Positions 52,061 to 64,000 of a stretch of 64,000 nt of DNA are shown in pieces; the stretch's first letter is position 1, and each line of letters starts with the position of its first letter. Source of the DNA: Adineta vaga (Eukaryota; Animalia; Rotifera); the NCBI GenBank assembly GCA_021613535.1, contig CP075497.1:4216001-4280000 (forward strand), read 5' to 3'. Below the pieces are notes generated by a model. It made no database searches, was not told where the DNA came from, and worked only from the letters and a program-made list of their open reading frames with translations. The position numbers and the translations under genes were made by a program.

Positions 52061-52564
52061 ATGGTAACAACATCATTCATCGTTTTTGTAGTATTCTTGG
52101 GAATTGTTTCATCAAACAATGAAAAGGATACTATTCGTATTATCAATTCAGGTTCATCAAATACTGCTGGCTATGTCATTACAGTAGAACGTAGCGGACG
52201 TGTTACATGGAACATTGCACCACGATTTCATCCTACTACATCACCAGCACCACGTAGTACAACTGCACGAACTCATTCATCTTCATCATCAACACCAAGT
52301 AGTACAACTACACAAAATAGTATTCAACTTTCAGTCAGTCGTATAAATAGTATCTTCGAAGCTGTTCAACTCGCTTTTCCATTCAAGCAATATAAACCTG
52401 TTTTTTGTGTGAAAAGTGTTTCATTTGGTACAATGCTTCACCTTCAATACAAAGGCGAAGAAACACCTGATTTAAATTGTCCAAGACAAGAAGAACGATT
52501 AATAACTTTAAACAAATATGTTCAAGGCTTAATTACCGATTTACACATTAACACATTTGGTTAA
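52061..52564 (+). CDS. Single-exon secreted 167-aa protein, bacterial-hypothetical-like (NSGSxNTxGY...CxKSVSFGT...TPDLNCP)
   Basis: Hydrophobic signal peptide, intronless ORF, two cysteines, internal Ser/Thr-rich insert. Confidence 0.75.
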   Translation: MVTTSFIVFVVFLGIVSSNNEKDTIRIINSGSSNTAGYVITVERSGRVTWNIAPRFHPTTSPAPRSTTARTHSSSSSTPSSTTTQNSIQLSVSRINSIFEAVQLAFPFKQYKPVFCVKSVSFGTMLHLQYKGEETPDLNCPRQEERLITLNKYVQGLITDLHINTFG

Positions 52565-52751
52565 CTGACGAATGAATGATTAGGAAACAAAACTGTGTTT
52601 TTTTTTGTTATTTGAAGATTCATTAAAAAGATTTAGAAAAAAAATAGAATTTCAATCTCATCTGTACAATCAAAATAATCAAATACTAATGAAAAACAAA
52701 ACCGAATAAAGAATCTTGTGATTTTTTTGTTCTTGTGTTGATTCTTTCAGA

Positions 52752-55700
52752 TTATTGAGTTTCAGTTATTGTTGTATCAAGTGACGGTCGTCGAAATTCC
52801 GCAATAGGTAATAATGAACTATTTCGACTCAATGTTCCAGGACCATGTAACATACTCCATGGATACAGACGATGATTTTTAACTCGTTCACTCGTTCGAT
52901 AATTAACATTTGATAATGGACGAATCGTTGCATCAACTGGTACAGTACATTGAGTACCTTCGAGTTCAAAACCACGAATTTCAAGTGGCATAGATTGACT
53001 AACATCATGACAATGTTGATGATGTTCATCCTGAATAAAAGAAACTACAATGAGATGAAATATGTGCAAAAAGAATTGCGTACCATGTTTTTGGCAAGAC
53101 GAATTTCTGTAGCTCGATTTGTTCGAATACTTGTGTCAAGTAATGTTCCACTCATTCCACTATTTTGACTATTTCGTGGAGTTGAACGCTGACGAAAGAT
53201 AAAATGATAAAGTTTTCAATGCGAATGACTGATACGGATAACTTACATAGGGTAGTAAATCTCTGGGTGTATTAGATTGATGAATAGGTGTAACTGAATG
53301 TAGAAATGAATGATTATTACTTCCATCACCATCCATTCTCTACGTATAATGAATGCAAAGAAATATTATGAAAATATATAAATAAAAAATGATGTCTTAC
53401 ATGTGTGAGACGAGATTTGTTCATTTCATCATACCATTCCTGTTGAATAGGTCGATGTGATCGAGGTGTCGTTTCATTGGGTAACTTATCAAATAGAATA
53501 ATATGAGAAATTCGAATAAAAGAAAAGATATTTTATTTTACTTCAAGATCAGGAAAACGTTGACGATGATTAATTGGAAGTAGAACTTTACTTGATCGTC
53601 TTGAAGATGTCAATGCATATTCACTTCGATTTGTATGTGCTTGCTGAAAACATAACGTGTCAATTGTTTTAAAAAAAAAAGAAAAGAAATATATCAAAGC
53701 AATTTACTGTTGTCGGAGAACGCTCATAATTATAATCAATTGCTAATTGATCATTCGATGGTAATTGTGGCAAATCTTCATGTTCTCTTTTACGTTTTAA
53801 TGGTGGTAACTAAATAGGAAAAGTATCGAATTAATCAAAATCTATTGATTAGTTGTTGTTCTTTTCACTCTTACTTTATTAACACGTTTCCGACGTGATT
53901 CTCGATCCCATCCTCGACGAGTCTAATGATCAAGAAATAATTTAGTAAAATTAAGAAGTTTTCAAGAAGAAAATGCATCTACTGAATCATTATTTTTCAC
54001 TTTTGGATTGTAAACTGAATTGAGACTGCGTGTTTTACTGACCGCATTCCATTTTGGTTTTCTTGGTGGTGTCTAAAATGAAAGTAAAACGAATAAATAA
54101 AACAAATTATAATTTTCATTGTATCGACCTACGTTGACATGTCGAAACTGAGATAAGAACATAGTCGACAAACGTAAATCAAGCGCCATTACTTTTCCGT
54201 TTTCCTAGATTTTATTTTGACTCATCTCTTGATTTATTTGCAATCAACAATAAAAAATTCTTCTACACACCTGTACTCAAAATTTTGAAAAGTATGTAGA
54301 ATCTAATAAATATATATCTAACAATTGAAAATTGACATTATGCAAAGAAAAGATCATATATTGTAACTATGACTCGATATTTTCTTTTTGTAAACTTATT
54401 AAAATAATGATCGTGGAAAAAAAGAGAAACAGAACAAAAACACAGCCTGAAAAAAGCTCTTTCTTCTTGTTTAACAATAGAAATACATCTTACTACTACC
54501 AGAAAGCAAAAATTTTGCATGCATTTTGTTTTCTATATACTTGAAAAGAAAAAATAACTCGTCAATCAGCTTGTTATGTATGCATACATTTGCATGATTC
54601 TGTTACTATTCAAACGAGTTCAACAAGAAAAGGAATTCTTTGACAAAATTTTTCTTTTTTCTTAATCATTGTTTTACTTTTACACACGCCCGAATCAATA
54701 TGTAGGTCTTTCTATTGCTTTTAAAAAAGCATTCTTATTGAATCATGTAATTTATCGTGCATAGCAACCAAGAGCTTTAGAATAATTCTTATTACCTTTC
54801 GATTTCGTCGATGAGATTTGTAATTATAATTTTCCCAAACATAATCTTTCAATTGTGAATTTCGTACCCGTGTTGGTCGATCAAAAATCATCTAAAGAAT
54901 TTCATATACGATCAAAGAAGATGAAAGTTTTGAAGACGTACTTTAGTATGTTTTGATACTTTTGGAGGATTGATTGGACTTAATACACGATTATTTCGCT
55001 TTAGATTGGGATACTATTTAAGGAGAAGAAATGTAAAGTAAAACAAAGGAAGAAAAGAAACTTTTTATACTCACTGTAACAATAGCTTTCTTTCGATCTA
55101 GTTTACGAAGATCAAGTTCGGACCAACAATGTACTTTTGCTCGAGCATTCCAATTTAGTTTTTCATTGAAAATCTAACCAACATAAAAACATAAAAAAAG
55201 AAAAGATTTATTTCGATATTCTTACTTGACCATTACTCAATGTTGTTCGTGATGGATGTACTCTTGCCGGTGAATGCATTCGAAATTTTGGTACACCATC
55301 CCATTGAGGTGTTTTATGAAAAATCTTTTTTATAATAAAAATAAAATCATATTTTCATTCTTGTAATTCCTACTTGTATTGTAGAATCCTTTGATTTATC
55401 TTGTATATGGTCATGTCTTCTCTGTGGTACTTTTGGTCCTCCTATTCGTCCATCTTTTTCTTCCAAGATCTAAAAGAATAGAATATGCTAAAAGTTTAAA
55501 TTACTTGATAAGCATACAGGTGTATAAGAACGATTATTTGGAAAATGATGCTGCAATCTTCTATCAAATTGCTCTTGATAAAGATGGGCTTGTTCAGCAT
55601 CAGAAATGTGTGGTAATGAATTAGCTGGAGCAAGAGTATCTCGTTGAAAAAATCGAGGTGATTCTTTAACAAAATCGGATAGTTTAGATTCACTATGCCA

Positions 55701-58700
55701 TCGAGGTTTTTTATCATAAATCTATAAGGTTTATTCGTTTGAAATGAATTGTTAAGGGAAATATTTCGTACTTTGACTTCCTTTCGTCGCGGTGTATAAT
55801 TAAAATTTTCATAGGAATACTCTTTCAATCTAGATGCTGAATGCCATTCAAGAGGTTCATGAAAAATAGTTGGACTTCCGTCAGCTAGAAACATCAATCG
55901 ACCAAACATTTGTACTGGTAAATCCTAGGAATTAAAGAAGTGAATTAGAAGAGAAAGACAATACATGATTTTTTTTACTTTGATAGAATGAATATGTTGT
56001 TCATCACCAATTTGTTCTTGAACGAATAGTTCTTTACGATCATTTGGGTTTTTTGACTATTCAATAAGATTATAGAAAAAAAAGATTCTTTCAAAAAAAA
56101 AGTATTCTTTCTACTTTATGTTGATTCAGTTCCAAAACATTATCTTCTTCGTTGTCGGACTATTATTGAAGAAAAAGAAGGAGAACATATATTCATCAGA
56201 GACATTTCGTAGGAAACAAACTTTTGAATGGTATATTTTCCTTGATATGACATTGAATTTTCTCGGATGGTAATCAAAATTTTCGAATGAATTTACACGT
56301 GCTTGAACATATGCATATTTTTCATTTGGTTGATGCTAAATTGAAAACAAATGAGTTAATTGGATGGATGAAAACTTATTTCTTATTAACCTTGCTAGCT
56401 AAGATCGAAGCAACACGTTCACGCCAATTAGGATCCATGTGTTGTTCTTCAACAAATGGATGTACAGGACTACCGGAAAAAGATACACGACGTTGACGTT
56501 GTTCTCGTTCTGATTTTGGTTCGAAAAACTCATTGTTAGGATCGTTCGGTGATGTACTTCGTACCTGAATTTATTGAAATTTTAGCATTCGACTTGTGAT
56601 AAGATATGCTTACTTCAACACGTAATGATGGTGATGCATTCTCATTCATAGATTGTTTGTGCTCGATGTAATTGTTCATTCTGAGAATGAGATGATAAAC
56701 GTCTTTGAATTTCAGTAGCAAACGCTGGTTGTATTGGTGACAAAACTGATGCCTGTTTTTTCGTTGTATGGTGATTGGTATTAGAAGTATTTGTCTTTTC
56801 ATTTGGAAGAGTTAATGATGATGTAGCGTTACCTTCGATAGATGTATGATTCGTATCGTCTACTTCATGACGACGAGGAGAGATAGTTGTTGAATGTTCA
56901 TTTTTATTAGATTTGAATTGAGCAGTTAAATTTTCATGAGTTTGATGATGACCTTCAGTATTCTTGACTGAGTCAGACGTTGGTGATTTTTGTACTTTTC
57001 GCTTTCGCTCATCGAAATGTACTGGAGAAATTGAAGGACTTTGATGTGTAGAGTTTTGTTCTTGTTTATAATTTGACAATGAAGTATTATTTTTCGGTGA
57101 CATTGGTGGTAATTGAATTTTAGCTTTTTGTTCAACTTCATGTGATGAACCATTCTGTTTGAAAGTCAAGGCTTTTGGCGAATGGACTTTTGTCTGCAAT
57201 GGTTGACTTAGTAACTTTTGTTCTAATGTATTATTCACCGATTGAATCGGTTTTCTATGACCTTCAGTAGATAGATTTTCATTGGAATGTCGAGATGATA
57301 ATCTTTCAGGATGTATTCCATTTGCAGGATTAGGTGATTGTATTTGATCTTGTGGTGGATTTTTTGAAAGAGAAGAATTTCTTTTCTGCGGTGATGTGGT
57401 TTTTGATCTTGGTATTTCATTGTCTTCAAGATCGGATGAATCCAGATTCAAAGGAAGTGCTGAATTTGCTGAAGAACTTAAACCTGATTCACTACGTTGT
57501 GAAATAGAACGATCACTTAATGATCGTTCATCGAAATTCTGTAATGATCGTGGTTTATCATCTAAATATTCTTCGTGTTCATTTATTGGTGTTTCCTGTC
57601 GTTCACCTGGAAACGTCATGGGTCGTTCTACTTCGTGATTATTTGAAGAAGACGAGGAACTTGAAGAACTATGTCGTTGTTGATTTGTTTGAGAACGTTC
57701 ATTGGCAGCTGTGGATGAATGTCGAGAATTTGACTTTCGACCAGTGGACTTCTTTCCACTATTACTTTTTAATGAACTGTGAGCTGAAGATGTCGAACGT
57801 GATAATGATCGTTCAGTTGAATTGATTCTATCCGGTGTCTGGTCTCCTTCGTCATTTGCTGATGTTGTTGTCTGTATCTGTGAATGCATTTGAAGGACTA
57901 AGAATGGCGATGATGACGTAGTATGACAATTGTTTGAATTACATAAACGTTTTTCTTGTTCTTCAATACTTAAATGAACTGCATCTGTATTTAATGTCGT
58001 ATTTGATGGTTTTCTATTATAATTGTCGTTATTTCTGTTGTTTTCAAATGTAAATTGCGTTTGCACGTTGCCGATAATGGAAGAAGGCAATACTTGCTTT
58101 AGTGGCGATGACGACGACGACGGTAGGATTGAAATCGTAGTCACGATAGATTTCTTTGTCACATCGATTTTTTTTCTTTTTATTTCTTCTCTTTTTTCTG
58201 TATTTACATGTCGATTGTTCTTTCCTATTGTGGACGGTATTGACGAGGGCTGATTTAGCTGTTGTTGTTGCTGCTGCTGCTGCTGCTGCTCTGGATGATG
58301 TGACACGTGAGGTGAAAAGAAGATTACTGATGACGATGGCGATTGGGCTATTTGACGTCTATCAGTGTCATTATCATTATCATTTCTTATAAGATCTTTT
58401 CGAACTTCAGAATTAATAACATTCTGAACAATCAATGGACTTCTCCTATTCTTATTATTCGTTAGATTAGGAGAAGAAGTAACACCAGAATTGATCCTTT
58501 TTGCTTGTACAGAAGGCAATTTTTCAGGAAAATCATCGATATTAACTGCTGAATTTCGCGTTGATGGACGTGAATTGTTCCTAACCTGTGGTATATCTGC
58601 AGTAATATCAGGATAATGTTCTTGAAAGAATATTGTATTTTGAGAAACGGCAGGTGAATTGAATTCAGATGTAATTGAAATTTCCGATCGAATTGGAATC

Positions 58701-59594
58701 GATGAGTCCATGTTGCGCTTAGTTGATTGATTTGTTGATGTTAATTGATGCAAAAATGTATTTTGCAATAACTGATCAATATCGGGATCAATATGATCAT
58801 TTGAAAATAAATTTATAGTTGCATTTAAAAGATCAGGTTGACTTGGATTGTTCGATTCAGAATCGATAAACATTGAATAATTCTTAGATGGTGCTCCAAG
58901 ATCATGAAGAAATTGATCAGCATCTAATGTTTCTTCAAGAATTACTTCTTCGTATTCATCAAAGTTGACTTCATTATCATGATTTTTCGAGTCATGTTTA
59001 AGAATGATTACCATCTAAATCAGAATGAGATTGCTCATTCATCCGTTGATCGTCTACAAAAATATTTCGTGATAAGTTATCCGTTGTTTGAAAGACAGGT
59101 GTTGGCATTCGTCGAATAAGATTATTGTTACAAATGAGAGATTGATCTATTACATTTGGTCTTCTCAATAAAGGTAGACGAGATGTTCTTGATTGTCGTT
59201 CAAACGAAGTTAAATCTTCTTCAATATCATGAATAGAATGTTGTATATCAATAAGTTTTTGTTCTCGAAAAACATCAGCTCTATTTCGGTTGATATTGTT
59301 CAATACAGGAAGTCGATCTGATTCTGCTGATTTATATTCCGATGGTAATGATGAAACAGCAAGTGATCGTCGCTGTTTTGATACTTCGATTTCATCAAAT
59401 ATTGATAATGGATCTGCTAGATCGGCAATTGTACTAGTAGATAAAGTTAACAATCGTTGAAAAGATAAAGATGATTGATAATATTGTCGATTATAGAATG
59501 AGTTATGATGAAATAATGGATTTGTATCTTCATTTCGAGATGATCTAGGACTGCTTATATATTTATTATAATTGGCTTTATTGTGATCATTCAT
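52752..59594 (-). CDS. Large disordered Ser/Gln/Asn-rich protein with C-terminal degenerate Tau/MAP-like repeats; two frame discontinuities (near 59000 and 56650)
   Basis: 206-aa and 790-aa ORFs followed by many small phase-0 exons carrying IFHEPLEWHSASRL, IYDKKPRWHSESKL, IFHKTPQWDGVPKF, IFNEKLNWNARAKV, TPPRKPKWNAVSK; stop at 52752. Confidence 0.6.
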
Positions 59595-60555
59595 CTTTCT
59601 TCGATTGTTGAATATCAATGTCGATATATTCGTTCTTTACGTATGCGTCTTTTATTCTTTTTCTTCTTTGTCAAATGAAAAAAAAATTCATTGAATTTCA
59701 AGTACTTTTTCTCCTGTTGTTCTATATGAAATTAAGTAGAACATGCTCCAACATCATTACTACATATTTGAATTCAAGTGAGCACAGATGTGAGAAAAAA
59801 TTTTCATACACATTGAAAACAAATAGAACGGTACAATTGATTTCAACGCAATGAAAAGACGAAACTTTCGTAAAACATGGTGATAGGTATTTTATTTATT
59901 GATATTTGATAGTTTTGTGTTCTATTCTTGAAATTTGATTTCATAACATCGATGTATTATTCTTGATCAAGGATTTATTTTGTTAATATTTGAACTCGAT
60001 TATTTATTTTGTATGGATCACTTTAACGGCGAATAGCAATCGAAAAATCAATTCATTCCTTTAGTATTTATTCAAAATGATTGATCTTTCTTACAACTTT
60101 GTTATTCACTCTATTCTAATCATTGGACAGTTTTTATATTAAATATCTAATCAAATATCATTTCATTTTAAAAAAAATTCAAGATTAGTTTGTGATTGTT
60201 AAACAGTTTATCATATCGGAAAAAAGCAAACGACAAGCTCTTTGTAACGATTGATATATAAAACACACACAATACACCAATAAAGATAACACTATTCATA
60301 GAAAAACATCAGGGAAAAAACAATTCTATATCTACTTTCTAAACAACGCAGAAAACGTGGGCATTGCTCTTGGTCTAAAATTACTATGGGACAAACAAAA
60401 AAAATTATGTCAAGAATACTAATCACAAGCTCATATTATAAATACTACTGTTCATGAGAATAGAGGTTAGATATAACGGAGAAAAATAAATTAGATGGAT
60501 TTTTACGAAACTTCACCGTCTCATTGATTCATTTGATTCGAGCTCGTTTTTCATT

Positions 60556-63553
60556 TCAACTAACACTACCTAATGGCTTGAGACCCATCATAGCTTCAGC
60601 AATACCTAAATAATAAACCATTTGAGCGATACCAAACAATGGTGCAATGACCATGACACGAAGAAGTGAACCTTTGAAGAATGCACTTGAACCTTCTTCT
60701 CTGATAATTTTGCTAAACAAAGAAATCCATTAGATTGCTGAAGATAACCGAATAATAATCTACTTACGTAGCGCAATCAACAATTCCTGAATATCGACTT
60801 TTATATTCCAACGTTTGCAGACGAGTTTTAATTACTAAAAAGAAAAATTTAATTCACACATTGATTGAAATTTTGGTAGGAAACAAGATATACAATGTTG
60901 TTATTCTGAAAAACAACAGAAGGGTGGCCGATCAATTCGTCGCATTCAATTCGTCGTATTTATATATGAGAATAAGAGAGACAAGTATGAGAGCGAATCG
61001 ATAATTGAATTACACGATTTAAACTAACTTGTTATACTGAATGTACTGCTGATATAAGTATTTTCGTATAGATCTGCCAGTTCTACCGGAGTGAAAGAAA
61101 AGTAGTTGGGAAAAGGAAGTTTAAAACAAGTATTTGAGAAGCGAAGCATCACAGAGTAAGATTTCACTCATCTTTTCAACTGATCATAACTGAGAGTCCG
61201 CACAAAATTATAAATAAACTATCAAGAAAAAAACCTTTTGACAAGATGAGAACAAGACTTGTTTCCTTTATTATTCTTAAGATTTTCACTATCCTTTCAC
61301 AGTATTAGACGACAGACAATTATCTACTAATTCGATAGTAAGGTCACCTCATGAAGACTATTCAATCTTTCGGTGACGACAGACAGCCAACAATATATTT
61401 TTTTGTTTTTGAAAGTGAAATTTGATATTTTGGACGTTCTCGTCAAACCAACTTCATCTCATAATTGTATACCTTAGAAAGTTCATATGAAACTTTTGAA
61501 ATCAGTAAAACATTTAGTATAACAAGTTAGTTTCAATCGTGTAATTCAATCATCGATTCGCTCTCATACGTGTCTCTCTTATTCTCATATACAGTAAAAC
61601 TTCCCATATATGGGCACTCTTCGGACTTTTCCGAATCGCCTATTTAATGGAGGTGCTCTTGTCATAGAGCTTTTTGTAAATAGCATACATAAACGTTTTG
61701 GGTGTGAATGACGGTGAGTGTAGGTGAGAGTATATTCTGTTGACTCTCACCCATCCCACATCTTTTGATACTTTATATTTTTGCGTATAGCTCGCGCTGT
61801 GAAAGTCCAGTCCCATTGGCAGAATCTAATCAACTCGATATTCTCATCAAGAGCAAGAAAGAACAATAGAAAAAGAAATATATGATTCATATATTGACTA
61901 TATGCCCATATAAGAGAAATTCGGCTAGTCAAAATGGACTAAATTAAATGTCCACTGCTCAAAAGTGGGAGGTGCCCTTGTAACAGAGGTTCATTTCTAG
62001 CCAAAATTCGTCGGTCGTTCTGTTGAGTGTCCACATAAGCGAGGTGCCCACATAGAGAAGTTTCACTGTATAAATACGACGAATTGATCGACGGCGAATT
62101 GATCTAGTGCCATCAGTAGTATCTGGTGCTTAGAAACAGTTAGAGGAACAATACATCGAACATGAAAGTAATATATCTGTAAGCAATTAAAGATTAAAGC
62201 TCATCATTTCAGACACAGTTTTAAAAAAGATTAATTAACGATCGCAGTCATGTTAATCAGCACGTATTCACATGCACACGATAATTGTTGATAAATGATT
62301 ATCGTTTATTTTAGTAATCTTACATTGGTAGCATGAGTTTCCAATTCAACGAATATCGGACAAACAGATCAAACTGTTTCTAATAAACTATGTATATTCA
62401 GATGAACTGTCTCATTAGTATTATTGAATATTTCTACGAATAGCACTCAAGTAGAAATCGATAAGTGATCAATTGATATTAAGTGCACTTAAAGTTCAGA
62501 TCGATGGATTGTCACTTCTTTTCGTTTTTACTTAAATTAACGTACCGTCCAAAGGTGTTGCTAGGAAAGCACTGATGGCACCAGCACCAATTCCCGATGC
62601 AAATGAATGGTAAAATGGTACATAATTGCTTCCAGGTGTTTTACCCTGAAAAATAAAATTTTTTAAGAAAACAAAGTTGTTCTTTTCACTTACCTTGTCA
62701 TTGAAATAAGCAAATAATGGAAAGTACATCATTGAAAAAACCACATCACGTGTAAACGTTGCTCCAATACCTTTATATAAACCAGAAATACCCTTTTCGC
62801 GATATAATTGCATAGCTAACTGTCGAGAATTGAGTGATTTAGTTGAGCCTAGAATTGAAAGAAATAAAAAGTCAATTTCGATGTATATCTTTCGTTTACC
62901 TTGAGATTTTGCCATTTGTCGTTGAATCTTAAGTAATTCCATGGGTGTTGTAACGACAATTTGACATGTTCCAGCGCCTGCACCAGCAAGAATTTGTCGA
63001 TGCATTGGAAGTGAACCATCTCTGAATGATGAAGTAATGATTAATGAAATGAGTATCATCTAATTTACTTCGTTTTCAAAGCATGACGAAAAGCATCATT
63101 CGCAACGAGTTTTATCGCTTTTTCGGGAGTAATTAATAAAATATTTACTGCAGAACCTACAAGAAAATAAAAGTCATCTTCTATTTTTTATTTAACAAAC
63201 TAAAACAATCACTAACCACTATACATTCCACGTAAACCTTCACCACGGAAGGTTTTCATTGCACAATCCAAACTAAATAAACGAACATCATTCAAATCTA
63301 TCTTCTATATTCTATTCTATTCTATTTTATTTACATATTTTTATAAAGTGGTGGTTGACCAACTGCTTTTGATTGATTTTGCATTCGAGTTTTTACTAGA
63401 TCGATTGGAAATACACATATTACACCAACAATACCAGCAATACCACCATTTATAATACGTGGTAACAATCTAATGATATATTCAAAAGAATTCTGATTGA
63501 AATTCTCAATAAATAAAAACTTACCCGAAATCTTGATTAGCTCCTGGTGCCAT
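60556..63553 (-). CDS. SLC25A22: Mitochondrial glutamate carrier (SLC25A22/A18-like), multi-exon
   Basis: [112 protein letters not shown]. Confidence 0.9.
60930..62104. mobile_element. Non-autonomous foldback/MITE-type element with about 120-bp imperfect terminal inverted repeats, in an SLC25A22 intron
   Basis: 60930-61053 is the reverse complement of 61501-61591 joined to 62069-62104. The ends carry tandem TCAATTCGTCG motifs. No transposase ORF and no clear TSD. Confidence 0.8.
61592..62068. mobile_element. 477-bp Tc1/mariner-pogo-type MITE inserted into the right TIR of the outer element
   Basis: TIRs CAGTAAAACTTCCCATATATGGGCAC and (reverse complement) CAGTGAAACTTCTCTATGTGGGCAC, flanked by TA. 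Comparison with the uninterrupted left TIR shows exactly one extra TA (TSD). Internal GAGGTGC(C/T)C repeats. Confidence 0.88.
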
Positions 63554-64000
63554 TTTGAGACTAGTAGTCTCCTATTTGTTATTGATTTTATTTAAAAACA
63601 AAAGTTCATTTATCAAAAGAAAAATGATCTACAAATAAGAAAGAAAGAAAGATTCTGTTTTTAGATATCTCTGATTTATATACATGAGTATGTTTCTAAA
63701 TCAATGTAAAATGAGCAAATGCACAAGATGCTTAAAATTATACACAAAACAAATAAGTATCACACACACACATGGAAAAAAATAATCAATTGCGCAGTGG
63801 AATGTAAATTTTGAATTTTGTTTGATAAATAGATTCTAGCAAATGAATAGAAATAAAAGAAAGTTCTTTTTTTATGGATTCTTTCTCATGGAATGTTTGT
63901 CAAATGAAAGACAATCAAAATGACAAGAAAGAAAATAGTTATGCTTATTTAAGAAATAGTTCTGTGTATTTTGCAATCAGTATTTCGGTAAATGTATTAA

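Noticed and set aside
2055-58392. Numerous 60-140 aa ORFs in the track antisense to or overlapping real exons (e.g. 2055-2264, 9757-10137, 21158-21565, 33468-33803, 46394-46816, 57396-58392)
   Set aside because: They are shadows of coding exons or low-complexity AT-rich sequence; many start at non-ATG codons and show no family motifs.
1-64000. CRISPR arrays, tRNA, rRNA, SL RNA gene, autonomous transposase or reverse transcriptase ORFs
   Set aside because: None recognised by eye. The DNA is eukaryotic, with no repeat-spacer periodicity, cloverleaf, recalled rotifer SL exon or DDE/RT motifs seen; a covariance-model scan could still find missed RNAs.

Overview
AT-rich eukaryotic (animal) genomic DNA with many short GT-AG introns of about 45-75 nt. 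It is most consistent with a bdelloid rotifer, inferred from base composition, intron size and plant/fungal- and bacterial-type genes among metazoan ones. Genes in order: SETD3 (cut by the window edge), two tandem PSME4/PA200 copies, two head-to-head divergent U1 snRNA genes, a MARVEL/CMTM-like gene, a cytospin/SPECC1L-like gene, an orphan helical ORF, two tandem DNAI1-type dynein intermediate chains, a LIM-SAM-YfaP-like chimeric gene, an OPT oligopeptide transporter, a tight minus-strand cluster (TOM6-like, NOL8-like, C5orf22-like, YPEL5), a secreted bacterial-like ORF, a large disordered protein with degenerate Tau/MAP-like repeats, and an SLC25A22-like carrier with nested MITEs in one intron. 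The most notable items are: (1) a bidirectional U1 snRNA pair in which one copy has a recoded 5' splice-site-recognition end (AUACUUACUUU, complementary to AAA|GUAAGUAU); (2) a metazoan LIM+SAM module fused to an intronless bacterial-type YfaP/DUF2135-like module; (3) patchwork gene conversion between the PA200 copies; (4) five phase-1 alternative first exons feeding one cytospin gene. All calls come from reading the sequence by eye and from recalled family motifs; no searches were run.
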